Source of the DNA: Chthonomonas calidirosea
GTDB lineage: Bacteria > Armatimonadota > Fimbriimonadia > Fimbriimonadales > Fimbriimonadaceae
Reading direction: 5' to 3'
NCBI GenBank assembly: GCA_945859975.1
Contig: CAMAPH010000064.1
Location: 1 to 12,491, forward strand
DNA length: 12,491 nucleotides
Positions 1-8,417 of the stretch are shown piece after piece (position 1 is the first letter of the stretch; each line of letters begins with the position of its first letter). A program made the position numbers and the translations under genes. Below the pieces are notes generated by a model. The model made no database searches and was not told the DNA's origin. It saw nothing but the letters and a program-made list of their open reading frames with translations.

Positions 1-2
1 GC

Positions 3-479
3 TTACTGGAGGATGTCCGGCATCTTATCTTTTGGCTGAGGGTCGCATTCGACGGAAACGCTTTCAACTTTCCAAGTCTCGCCAACCTTGCCGACGTTTG
101 CTACGATGCGGAGCTTGCTCTTTCCGAGGGTGTAATCCCGGAAGTATTCGGCCACGGTCGTGCTCTTTCCGTTCGCATTTCTGGACGAAAAGTTGCCAAG
201 TTCGAGCTCAGTAGTAGGAGCCAGCTTCTCGGTTGCAGCCGCATTTGCCACGCACGATCCGGAGGATTCGGTTCGGATGCCATTCGTGGTTGAATTCGCG
301 ATCAGTGCCTTAAGTTCCTTAGCCGACGGGAGCCCATCGACAAAAGCCTGAGCGATTGGCTTCGCGTTCTTCGCATCTGACACCACTTGCTTTGCTCCCC
401 AGAAGCCTAGGCCAGCAATTCCGCCGCAGCATCCTAGTACCAAAACCAACGCACCTACGATCCACATCCAAGGTTTCAT
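3..479 (-). CDS. Hypothetical membrane-anchored protein (158 aa)
   Basis: ATG at 479 and TAA at 5-3. N-terminal hydrophobic helix WMWIVGALVLVLGCCGGIAGLGFWG followed by a soluble domain ending in a WKVESV strand. No family confidently recognised. Confidence 0.75.
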   Translation of the reverse strand: MKPWMWIVGALVLVLGCCGGIAGLGFWGAKQVVSDAKNAKPIAQAFVDGLPSAKELKALIANSTTNGIRTESSGSCVANAAATEKLAPTTELELGNFSSRNANGKSTTVAEYFRDYTLGKSKLRIVANVGKVGETWKVESVSVECDPQPKDKMPDILQ

Positions 480-589
480 GACTTTTACGCGACAATATTA
501 CGGCATCTAGCCTACGGCTTTCGGGCCCTTTGGACGTTTTGCAGTTTTCTTTGGCTCTCCGACCGCAGAAAGGCGTGATAAAGGGAAGG

Positions 590-1279
590 ATGGACGAAAA
601 GATGGGTGAGCCAGTGACATGCCTGCGCTGCGGACGACAGGCGGAACCGCGAGGTCGAAGGCCCATTCCGCCGGCGATCTTGAATCTCATTCGGATCGAT
701 CACCCCGACTGGACTGAAAGCGACGATCTTTGCCTGGATTGCTTAAACCTGTACCGGACGGAATACGTTAACCAGGTTCTGCAAACGGACGAGGGCGACC
801 TTGATGTCATCGAGAAGCTGGTGACCAAGAGCTTTGAGGATGCGGAGAACACCGCATTTGTTGAGGACCTTCAGGAAACGGTGACTTTCGGAAATCGGCT
901 GGCCGATAAGGTGGCTGCATTTGGCGGTAGCTGGGCGTTTATCATCTTCTTTGGCTGCGTGATTGTGGTTTGGATCGGGGTGAACACGTTTGCGCTGGCC
1001 GTTCGGTTTGATCCGTTCCCATATATCCTGCTGAACTTGGTTCTGTCTTGCCTTGCCGCCATGCAAGCGCCGGTGATCATGATGAGCCAGAACCGGCAAG
1101 AGGCGAAAGACCGCATCCGTGCGGAACGGGACTACCGAACGAACCTGAAGGCGGAACTGGAGATCCGGAAGCTGCACGACAAGATCGATCACCTGCTCAC
1201 GAGGCAGATGAAACGGCTGATGGAAGTGCAGGTGATTCAGGTGGAGATGATGTCGGAGCGAGTGTCGGAGCGTTCGTGA
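590..1279 (+). CDS. DUF1003 domain membrane protein with N-terminal Cys-rich domain
   Basis: Family motifs TFGNRLADKVAAFGGSWAFI, FDPFPYILLNLVLSCLAAMQAPVIMMSQNRQ and DYRTNLKAELEIRKLHDKIDHL. N-terminal CLRC...HPDW...CLDC. Start moved from the ORF-track TTG at 530 to ATG 590 (ATG 602 is an alternative); purine-rich AAGGGAAGG lies at 581-589. Confidence 0.9.
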   Translation: MDEKMGEPVTCLRCGRQAEPRGRRPIPPAILNLIRIDHPDWTESDDLCLDCLNLYRTEYVNQVLQTDEGDLDVIEKLVTKSFEDAENTAFVEDLQETVTFGNRLADKVAAFGGSWAFIIFFGCVIVVWIGVNTFALAVRFDPFPYILLNLVLSCLAAMQAPVIMMSQNRQEAKDRIRAERDYRTNLKAELEIRKLHDKIDHLLTRQMKRLMEVQVIQVEMMSERVSERS

Positions 1280-1294
1280 GTAACCAGCCCGAAT

Positions 1295-3088
1295 CTATCG
1301 GGTCTTGGATCCATCATCAATCGAAAGCGGCTTGTGTATTCGGATTTTGAATCTCTTTGAGTATGTGTGCGAGGAAATACAGATACGGTGGACGCCGGTT
1401 GTGGCAGCGGTGAAGTAGAAAAGCTGATGCATGTCGGTGTCTAGCCTCTGCAGCCTGCTAGGTGTTCCATTCTCATCGAGCACAACCAACTCCGGTTCGT
1501 ACCGACCTTCGAATAGCAGTTCATATGGCTTGTTGGCTTCCAGATTAATTGAGAAGTACAACTCGTTTTGCCGGGTCCAGTCGGTGAGAACAACCTCGTT
1601 AAGCTCGAGTTTCGTTGGTACCACCGTCTTCCGCCTGAGTTCATAGGTTCCAGATCCACCATTACCAACACAGGCTACGGTCACAATGTATTCCGCAGCA
1701 TTTGCATAGTAGATATCTGCCAACAAATTCTGTTCCTGAGCCCTAGTACCATCGAAATTGAAAAAGGAAATGGTGGAGAGGAATCCTTTAGCGTCATGTT
1801 GGTACCTCACAAATTCTGATTTTGAGACCTTTGTTCGATAGACGTGGGTTTCCCCTATTTCTAGCTTCGTGTTAATGATGGACTCGTTACTGAGTTCGAT
1901 GAGTCCACTCTTGTTGACTAAAGATAGGGTGGACAAATCGCTGGAACTTCCAAAAATGAAAACAACCTTCCCGTCATTTTGGTAAATCCGCGTCACATCG
2001 GAGTCCAAGCCATCGTGATTCCGAATTTCAAACCAGGGCTTTTTCTGCTCTCCATCGGACGTAAGGTTGTTGAATTGGAGATCAGAACTCTCAACTGAAG
2101 TTGTGATAAGCGGTCCAGAAATGCCTTGGTAGCTGGTGCGTACAACTTCGTGCTTTTTGACGGGCATTTCAACTCGTACTTAAGATCCAGCGGGAACCGG
2201 CTGGCTCAGACGCTGATCAGTTTTCACTTCCACAACGGGCACAAGTTGAAAATTGGTCCGGAAGTCTGTACCGTTTCTTGCCGAGTATTCGACGATCATT
2301 GTTCCATCGAACTTGGATTCGATAATGTCTTTGTAACCGCCGGGGAAAATACGAAAGTCGTCCGCCACAGTCCCTGTCGGCCCGTATAGCTTGATCCGGC
2401 TTAAGTTGTTCCAGTAAGCATCGGTCTGCTCTGTCACATAACCCACGCTATAGGTTGCACCCTTCTTTACGGGAATTCGAAAAGAGACCCTTCGATCTGT
2501 TTGTCGACTGAGCACCTCGGCTCTGATAGAAGGAGTCAGGGTGAATCCAGCCTCCGTTGGAAAGATGGTTCGCATCCGAATTTTGAACTTTCCACCGGCC
2601 ACCGACCGGTAGCTAAGCACTTTTAGCAGGTAATCACCATCAGCGGGTGCCTTAAAATTAACAAATGGTGACTGATTCCCCTCTTTGCGGTCATCGTTCT
2701 TGGCAAGCTCTTTGCCTTTATCGGTGACGACCGAAATGGCGGGATCGAAGGCTTCGCTCGTGACTCCCGCCAGAATTGTTTCGCCCTGCTTCAGGGTGAA
2801 CTGAAACTCCACGCGATCGCCGGGAGTCAAGATCGCGCTTCGCTCTTGCCAGAAGGGATCGCCATAGTCCTGGTCCACTGGCCGCTTGGAAGGATCTGAA
2901 TTAAAATCACCGGTCGGCCCCTGCGACCCGCCAAAGCCACCGCCTTGTCCACCACCTCCAAACCCACCGCCTCCGCCGCCGAATCCACCTCCACCTCCCT
3001 GGCCACCACCGCCGAACCCACCCTGGGCATGGGCAGAGAGGTTGAGGATGAGCAGGAAGCAGGCGGCCAGGAAAGCGCGGAAAGTCAC
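1295..3088 (-). pseudogene. Secreted multi-PPC-like-domain protein (~597 codons) interrupted by one in-frame TAA at 2182-2180
   Basis: ORFs 2180..3088 and 1295..2167 are in the same frame: GGA TCT TAA GTA CGA GTT GAA ATG CCC. Signal peptide ending AHA-Q, a Gly-rich tract, then a PPC-like domain (FDPAISVVTDKGKELAKNDD...APADGDYLLKV). Similar beta-sandwich units continue past the stop. Two separate genes or a sequence error cannot be excluded. Confidence 0.7.
2927..3022 (-). repeat. Low-complexity Gly-rich coding tract (GGFGGGGQ-type repeats, 32 aa)
   Basis: Residues 23-54 read GGFGGGGQGGGGGFGGGGGGFGGGGQGGGFGG, directly after the predicted signal cleavage site. Confidence 0.9.
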
Positions 3089-3172
3089 GCCGATCTGACG
3101 CGCCGACTACGAGCCGGTTTCCCAACAAACGATCCGGTTATAGTCGTCGGAAGCTATCTCTCCACACGTAGC

Positions 3173-5806
3173 CTATGCGCCCGTGACGAACGTGCCCCTG
3201 AACGTTGTGGTTAATCCAACTCTATCTGTCGCGATAAGCTCGTACTCGTAGCTTGCGTTCGGCGCCAGGTTGTTGACGGTGGTTTCGAACGATGCAAACT
3301 GAGCGTCTTCAAACTGCTCGTAGACCCCTTCTCCGCTACTAGCCAACTTAATACGCACCCGCCATTTCACGGACTCAGAGGCCGCACCGGAAATCTTGAC
3401 CGTACCCTTTGAAGTTCGAGCTGTCCCAGTTACTTCGGGTGCGCTTGAGTCGCTGGTTACCGGAAGAGTCGCGGGCGTGGAATCAACATGTCCAACGGAG
3501 TCAACGCACCGTACCGATACCTGGTGAACGCCGTCAAACGGCAATCTGAGCATCACTTGCGCTGGTCCGGGTGGCGACCAGGCTCCAGCACCAATTCGGA
3601 CCTGAAACTTTAAGCTCTGAGGTAAATCCTGGAAACTTTGACCGGCGCAGTTTAGCTGAATGTCTGATTTCACCAGGGTCGTGCTTGTATAGATATAAGT
3701 GTTCGGAGCAGGGTCGGGACGGCCGACTCGCACCAGGTAGGGCTGGTCCAGGCTGCTTATCGGCAATGTTCCGAGATTCATCGATGCATACACGATCGGG
3801 TCTGCCCCGTTTGTTATGCCTACGGAGCTTGCATCCTCGTTATTTAGTCTCCATCCATTTGAATTTTCGATATCGAACACCAGGTTCCCTTTTGTCGCGT
3901 ACCTTCCGTTTCGAGAGATGTACAACGAACCCCATTCGATGGGAACAGGCAGGTTTGTGATCTCTCGTGTGCGAAGGTTGAGCCTCTTTTCGATGCGAGT
4001 GAAACGTTCCACTCCTACCGTCGTAACGCTCAACATTACTGCGTAGTTGCCGTCTTCAGAAATGTTTATTACTTCGTCGTCACGGGACAAAGGAATTACG
4101 TCGACGGTCGAACCTTTCGATGAAATTCTTAAAATGGACCGCGTATTGCTGGTGATATCGACAATAGGAAGAAACACTTCGTTTCCGTCCGCAGTACTCC
4201 AAAAACCATAGAAGGAATCGCGTAAGGTGCTTCCGTCTGGAATGTGATTCTTCAGGTCCGCATCGAGACCCGTGAATGGATCAAACTGCCTTGCAACACT
4301 CGCAACATGGTCTGAGACGATCACGACACGACCATCGTTCGCAGCACGGATATATTGTGCCCGCCCAGGATAGCTCCTAGAACCGATGTTCTTCTTCAAT
4401 TGAATGTCGCGAACGATCAGCGAAAAATCGGTTGCGAAGTAAGACCGCTTGACACTGTAAGCAAGGAACCGACCGTTGGAAGAGATATTGACCATCTCAA
4501 CAGTTCCGCGCACGGCTTCACCGTCTACGTCTATGCTTTCCAAGGTTGTTGACTTTTCGGGCACATTGCGCACGTACACCTGGGGGGTACCAGGAACGAC
4601 TTTCGAAGCCAAATTTGTGGCGCTCGTGACCATAGCGATACGCGACCCATTCGCGGAAATGGAAATTGACGTGAGATGACTGTTTGCTGCTCCGGGTAGG
4701 TTAGCGTCCACATTCGGCACTTCAACTCCATCGAGATCACAAATAGAAACCGTTGTCGAGCCGTATTGACCTTGTGTAGCGTAAACAATTCGATTGCCAT
4801 CCTGAGAAAGACTTCGTACTTCGTGAACTTGCGAGCTATGATCCCGCAGTCTCTTCCAGGTGCCATCAGCAATGCGATACGCCATGATAGGTCCCGCGTA
4901 GTAATACTGCTCACCATGATAGGTGCCTAGAATCAATGAACCATCCGCAGATAGCCTCAAGCGAGAAACAGTCGATGGAAGCCAAAGCTTCTTCTGAGTT
5001 CTAGAATCGTATAGGGAATAACCAGAGCGTCCTCCAGCTGCTATAGACGGATCTCTGAACAAGAGTATCCTTTGGCCGGTTGCGTCGATTTGACGTAATG
5101 AATCACCACTTCCCTCGACAAGCGTCACTTCACCGGTGATTAGCGATTTTCTGTAGAGACCATACTCGCCCGGTGCCTTCGGAACGCGTGCATCATTGGA
5201 GCGGAAAATCACCGCCTTGCCGTCTTGTGTCAGTTGGGCCTCAAGAAAACTCTTGATTCCTTCACCGGCCAAAGTGGTCTGGACACGAGTCGTGGCGCCA
5301 GTGGACGTATCTCGAAGAAAATAACTGTACTCAAAACGCTTACCACTGTTTAGGTACAGAAGAAGCTTCGACCCATCATGGTTCATCCCGACCACGTCCC
5401 CTCTCACTTTCTTGCCATCAGGCAGAAATCCAACTGTCCTAAATGCGTTAGTCGTGCGATCATACAAAAAGGCGGTCGTGTTGTCCGAAAACGCCAATCG
5501 ACGGCCGTCTGGACTCAACCGAAACTTGCCCAAAACGACATCGCCCACCGTAGGAACACGGTGGACTTTTCTGTCGTTCAGGGTTTGCACATACAGCGAG
5601 GAAAAACTCGGTGTTAGCTCTGCGGTCAAGTTTGACGCGTAAGACCTGAACGCGAAAACCTTGCCGTCAGCACTCAGGACTCCATCAGAGGCCGGCGCGT
5701 CTGGGCCCGTGAACGGCAGTCCCGGTGCAATCGGCTCCAGGGATCGCACCTGCGCTACCGCCATCGTTGCGGGGAGAAGAGTCAACAGAGCGGCCAGCCA
5801 CCTCAT
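3173..5806 (-). CDS. Secreted TolB/WD40-like beta-propeller repeat protein with C-terminal Ig-like and FN3-like domains (877 aa)
   Basis: Signal peptide (AVA-Q). Repeated S/T-x-D/N-G blade motifs (SADGK, SPDGR, TQDGK, SADGS, SQDGN, SANGS, SSNGR, SEDGN, SRNGR) and two SxA(S/T)NL units. C-terminal DGVHQVSVRCVDSVGHVDSTPA (Ig-like) and NLAPNASYEYELIATD (FN3-like). Confidence 0.8.
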   Translation of the reverse strand: MRWLAALLTLLPATMAVAQVRSLEPIAPGLPFTGPDAPASDGVLSADGKVFAFRSYASNLTAELTPSFSSLYVQTLNDRKVHRVPTVGDVVLGKFRLSPDGRRLAFSDNTTAFLYDRTTNAFRTVGFLPDGKKVRGDVVGMNHDGSKLLLYLNSGKRFEYSYFLRDTSTGATTRVQTTLAGEGIKSFLEAQLTQDGKAVIFRSNDARVPKAPGEYGLYRKSLITGEVTLVEGSGDSLRQIDATGQRILLFRDPSIAAGGRSGYSLYDSRTQKKLWLPSTVSRLRLSADGSLILGTYHGEQYYYAGPIMAYRIADGTWKRLRDHSSQVHEVRSLSQDGNRIVYATQGQYGSTTVSICDLDGVEVPNVDANLPGAANSHLTSISISANGSRIAMVTSATNLASKVVPGTPQVYVRNVPEKSTTLESIDVDGEAVRGTVEMVNISSNGRFLAYSVKRSYFATDFSLIVRDIQLKKNIGSRSYPGRAQYIRAANDGRVVIVSDHVASVARQFDPFTGLDADLKNHIPDGSTLRDSFYGFWSTADGNEVFLPIVDITSNTRSILRISSKGSTVDVIPLSRDDEVINISEDGNYAVMLSVTTVGVERFTRIEKRLNLRTREITNLPVPIEWGSLYISRNGRYATKGNLVFDIENSNGWRLNNEDASSVGITNGADPIVYASMNLGTLPISSLDQPYLVRVGRPDPAPNTYIYTSTTLVKSDIQLNCAGQSFQDLPQSLKFQVRIGAGAWSPPGPAQVMLRLPFDGVHQVSVRCVDSVGHVDSTPATLPVTSDSSAPEVTGTARTSKGTVKISGAASESVKWRVRIKLASSGEGVYEQFEDAQFASFETTVNNLAPNASYEYELIATDRVGLTTTFRGTFVTGA

Positions 5807-5860
5807 AACAAAAACTTACTCCATCTCGTGGACAGAATCCACAAGAAATTAGAATTGGTT

Positions 5861-5900
5861 CTGGTCCGGCGCCGAACGTTAACAATCGGCGCCGGACCAG
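5861..5900. repeat. Perfect 15-bp GC-rich inverted repeat (possible terminator, mRNA-stabilising hairpin or REP-like element)
   Basis: CTGGTCCGGCGCCGA (5861-5875), 10-nt loop, TCGGCGCCGGACCAG (5886-5900). Begins 9 nt after the GH9 stop. No poly-U tract on the transcribed minus strand. Confidence 0.85.
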
Positions 5901-5909
5901 CGCGGAAGG

Positions 5910-7766
5910 TCAGCGGGCGAACTCGGCGATGAGGCGAACGTACATCGACTGGTAGTAGATCGCGTTTTCGCTGAGTTCCCAACTGCTCTCCGGCCAAACG
6001 CGGTTGAAGTCGGCGTAGGCCTTGGCGCGTGGCTGGGTCTTGATCCACTCGACCGACGGCGTGCCTTCCGCGGCTTTTCCGGAGTAGCTCTGGTTCGGAC
6101 CGCCTACGATATATCCTGGCGGCGGATTGTAGGCGAACGGGGTGTTCACGTTGTAACGCTCGTGATAGATGCTGCGGATTGAGTTCTCCGCCCCGAGCTT
6201 GCCCATGTTGGAGAGGTAAACGATGTTCAGCGGGTTCGTTCCATGGAACGAATGCAACATATCAGCCGCGCGGACCTTCAATCGCGCCTTTGTGGCAGCA
6301 TCAAGTCCGGCGTAGCGAGCCGCAACCAAGCTACTGAGTCCGTAACTCGCGCGCACAAAGTTACTGCCCCAATGATAGCTGGTCGGAACCATCCAAGCAC
6401 GATACAGATCGGCAGCGGGCGCAGGGGCCCAAGCGGCACTCGCGGCGGAACGCTTCAGTTGCGCTTTGATCTTTGCCACGAGCGCCGGATCAGCCTTTTT
6501 GAAGGTGGTGTATTCGGCCAGCGCCTCGCCCGCTCCGGCGTCGTAGGGGCTCCAGGTCGGTTCGGATAGTTGGCGCGTTTTCCCGGCTAGTGCCTTGATC
6601 ACTCGGTGGTACTTCTCGTCACCAGTTAGCTCAAACAGGTGGATTGCTGTGAAGCAGTGGTACCGATCTTGGTCTTCGGCGGACTTGTTTGCGATTCCGC
6701 TCTTGATTTCGCCGGTGTCCGATTTGAAGGTCGGCGGGTTGTTCTCGAACCAGTTGTAAGACAGGATCGCGCGCCGCTTCAATTCCTCGGCAAACCCCTT
6801 CCAAGCCGGGAAGTTGCGATAGACGCGGGCCGCGTGGGCGAAGTTGGCGGCGGTGTAGATGGCGGCTCCGCTATCCTTCGGTCCGTAGTAGCGGGTTCGC
6901 TTGTCCTCGCTCAGGGGCCACTTGCCGTTGTAGTCGATGTTGCCCATCTTAACGGGCACCGCGCCATCCGGGAACTGCATCTTCACCAGCCAATCAAGCT
7001 GAACCTTGATTTCGTCGAGAATGTCCGGGCGACCGTTTTTGCTCTCCGGAATGCCGTTCCCTTCTCCAAACGCCTTCGGGTTGGCTTTGTAGGCATATAG
7101 GAGCGGATGGAGCACGTCGGCGTTAAACGGCGGGTATTTGTTGGTGTCTCCCGCGTCCATCCAGCCGCCGCTGAGGTCTCGCTCTTGGCTGGCGTCATCC
7201 TTGGCAAGAACGTTCCGGGCGCGCGAGTCTTGCGTGAGGGCCGCCTTCTCGGTCCAGGGCTGCTCGGCGTACGGGGTTTTGATGTCGACGCCCAAGCGCT
7301 GATAGTAAAAGGTGCGAATCGCTGCCCGCATTACCGGCGCGAACACGGCTGCCTTGATGGAGAAGACCGCACTTCTAACTTTGTTAGCCGGGTCGTAAAC
7401 GTAGTATTCGCCAGGGGTGGTTACCTTTGAAAAGTCAAACCACCAGCCGCGGTCGCCCGAGTCTTGGTGGGTCTTGCCGCCATTCCAGACCACTACGGAG
7501 CCGGTGAAAACCGTCTTGCCTGCAAGAGATTTGACTTGAAGACTCTTTCCCGGGGCGTAAACCGCTTCCGCATTAAAGCCAACTTGAGGATCGGAGAGAA
7601 TGGCAGTTTTTGTTTCGCTGGGCAAATAGCCGAACTGATCGACGTGAATTCGGCTGGTTATGGGCGGCAGCCCCTTGACCGTGATGCCCGACATTTGGGC
7701 AACCGAGTAAGGCGGGGCTTCAGCCCCCTGGCCGAAGAGGAGCAACATCGCGCCGAAAAATGGCAT
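5910..7766 (-). CDS. Glycoside hydrolase family 9 with N-terminal Ig-like (CelD_N-type) domain (618 aa)
   Basis: Ig-like start IHVDQFGYLPSETKTAI, catalytic DLSGGWMDAGDTNKY, PDILDEIKVQLDWL, HGTNPLNIVY, and C-terminal acid motif SWELSENAIYYQ. Short hydrophobic signal peptide. No CBM seen. Confidence 0.93.
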   Translation of the reverse strand: MPFFGAMLLLFGQGAEAPPYSVAQMSGITVKGLPPITSRIHVDQFGYLPSETKTAILSDPQVGFNAEAVYAPGKSLQVKSLAGKTVFTGSVVVWNGGKTHQDSGDRGWWFDFSKVTTPGEYYVYDPANKVRSAVFSIKAAVFAPVMRAAIRTFYYQRLGVDIKTPYAEQPWTEKAALTQDSRARNVLAKDDASQERDLSGGWMDAGDTNKYPPFNADVLHPLLYAYKANPKAFGEGNGIPESKNGRPDILDEIKVQLDWLVKMQFPDGAVPVKMGNIDYNGKWPLSEDKRTRYYGPKDSGAAIYTAANFAHAARVYRNFPAWKGFAEELKRRAILSYNWFENNPPTFKSDTGEIKSGIANKSAEDQDRYHCFTAIHLFELTGDEKYHRVIKALAGKTRQLSEPTWSPYDAGAGEALAEYTTFKKADPALVAKIKAQLKRSAASAAWAPAPAADLYRAWMVPTSYHWGSNFVRASYGLSSLVAARYAGLDAATKARLKVRAADMLHSFHGTNPLNIVYLSNMGKLGAENSIRSIYHERYNVNTPFAYNPPPGYIVGGPNQSYSGKAAEGTPSVEWIKTQPRAKAYADFNRVWPESSWELSENAIYYQSMYVRLIAEFAR

Positions 7767-7772
7767 GCCTAC

Positions 7773-7781
7773 AATTTATCA
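7773..7781 (-). promoter_or_regulatory. Putative extended -10 promoter (TGnTAAATT) for leaderless GH9 transcript
   Basis: Minus strand reads TGA TAAATT gtaggc ATG. The hexamer ends 6 nt before the ATG and there is no Shine-Dalgarno. Confidence 0.55.
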
Positions 7782-7812
7782 CGTTGGGCATCCGCCAAAA
7801 GTACGAGACGGA

Positions 7813-7841
7813 TTGCAGATGAGGTTGCGAGCGGCTAAAGT
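7813..7841 (+). promoter_or_regulatory. Putative sigma70-type promoter TTGCAG-17 nt-TAAAGT
   Basis: -35 at 7813-7818, -10 at 7836-7841, canonical 17-nt spacer, 9 nt before ATG 7851. Confidence 0.55.
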
Positions 7842-7850
7842 ATGTGCGTC

Positions 7851-8360
7851 ATGAATCGACTCCCAATTTGCGCCGCTCTGCTTCTCGTTCTCGGATCGAC
7901 CACCCACGCCGAGTCACTGAAGTCAATGATTCTCAAGAACGATGCGGTGAGCAAAAAGGCGCTCATGGCGAAAGACATGGCCGCATTCAAAAAGTCCATG
8001 CAGCCGTACATCACGGCAGACTTTAAGTACATCGAAGCTGGCCGCACGATGAATTTTGATCAGATGCTGGCCGGGATGAAGCAAGGAACCGGGTCGCTCC
8101 AAAAGATCACCGACGTCGTGAGCAAACTGATCAAGCTAAACGAGAAAGGGGACAAAGCGACCGCCGAAATGACGCGATCGATGTCTGGCACCATGACTGG
8201 CCCGGATAAAAAGATGCACAAATTGACCATGTCAGGCAAGACCGTCGAAACTTACGTTAAGAAAGACGGAAAGTGGAAGCTCGCCATCATGGACTGGAAG
8301 TCGTCCGAGATGATCATGGATGGCAAGAAAATGGACCCGAGCCAGATGGGCGGGCAATAA
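7851..8360 (+). CDS. Secreted NTF2-like/DUF4440-type protein, Met/Lys-rich (169 aa)
   Basis: Signal peptide MNRLPICAALLLVLGSTTHA. NTF2-like pattern AKDMAAF...TADFKYI...GDKATA...ETYVKKDGKWKL. Start 7851 preferred over 7842 because 7842 abuts the putative -10. Confidence 0.8.
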   Translation: MNRLPICAALLLVLGSTTHAESLKSMILKNDAVSKKALMAKDMAAFKKSMQPYITADFKYIEAGRTMNFDQMLAGMKQGTGSLQKITDVVSKLIKLNEKGDKATAEMTRSMSGTMTGPDKKMHKLTMSGKTVETYVKKDGKWKLAIMDWKSSEMIMDGKKMDPSQMGGQ

Positions 8361-8373
8361 AACAAAGAGCGAA

Positions 8374-8407
8374 CTTTACGGTCGCTTAATAATTCGCCCT
8401 TCATACT
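8374..8407 (+). promoter_or_regulatory. Putative pho-box-like direct repeat plus -10 element of the phosphoesterase gene
   Basis: CTTTACG-gtcg-CTTAATA-10 nt-CATACT. The same layout recurs at 11004 and 12032. Confidence 0.6.
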
Positions 8408-8417
8408 GCCCGGAAGC

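Noticed and set aside
1251..1272. Direct repeat TGTCGGAGCG x2 with a 12-nt period at the end of the DUF1003 gene
   Set aside because: Only two copies, in frame (SERVSERS). Probably a small local duplication with no evidence of an array or target-site duplication.
2180..2182. Stop-codon reassignment or selenocysteine/pyrrolysine insertion
   Set aside because: The codon is TAA, not TGA or TAG, and TAA ends several intact genes in this window.
2886..3098. Pro-rich + strand ORF (PPPPNPPPP)
   Set aside because: It is the antisense reading of the Gly tract in the signal-peptide-bearing minus-strand gene.
5910..7766. GH9 as part of a polysaccharide utilisation locus or cellulosome
   Set aside because: No other CAZyme, sugar transporter, dockerin or CBM is recognisable nearby.
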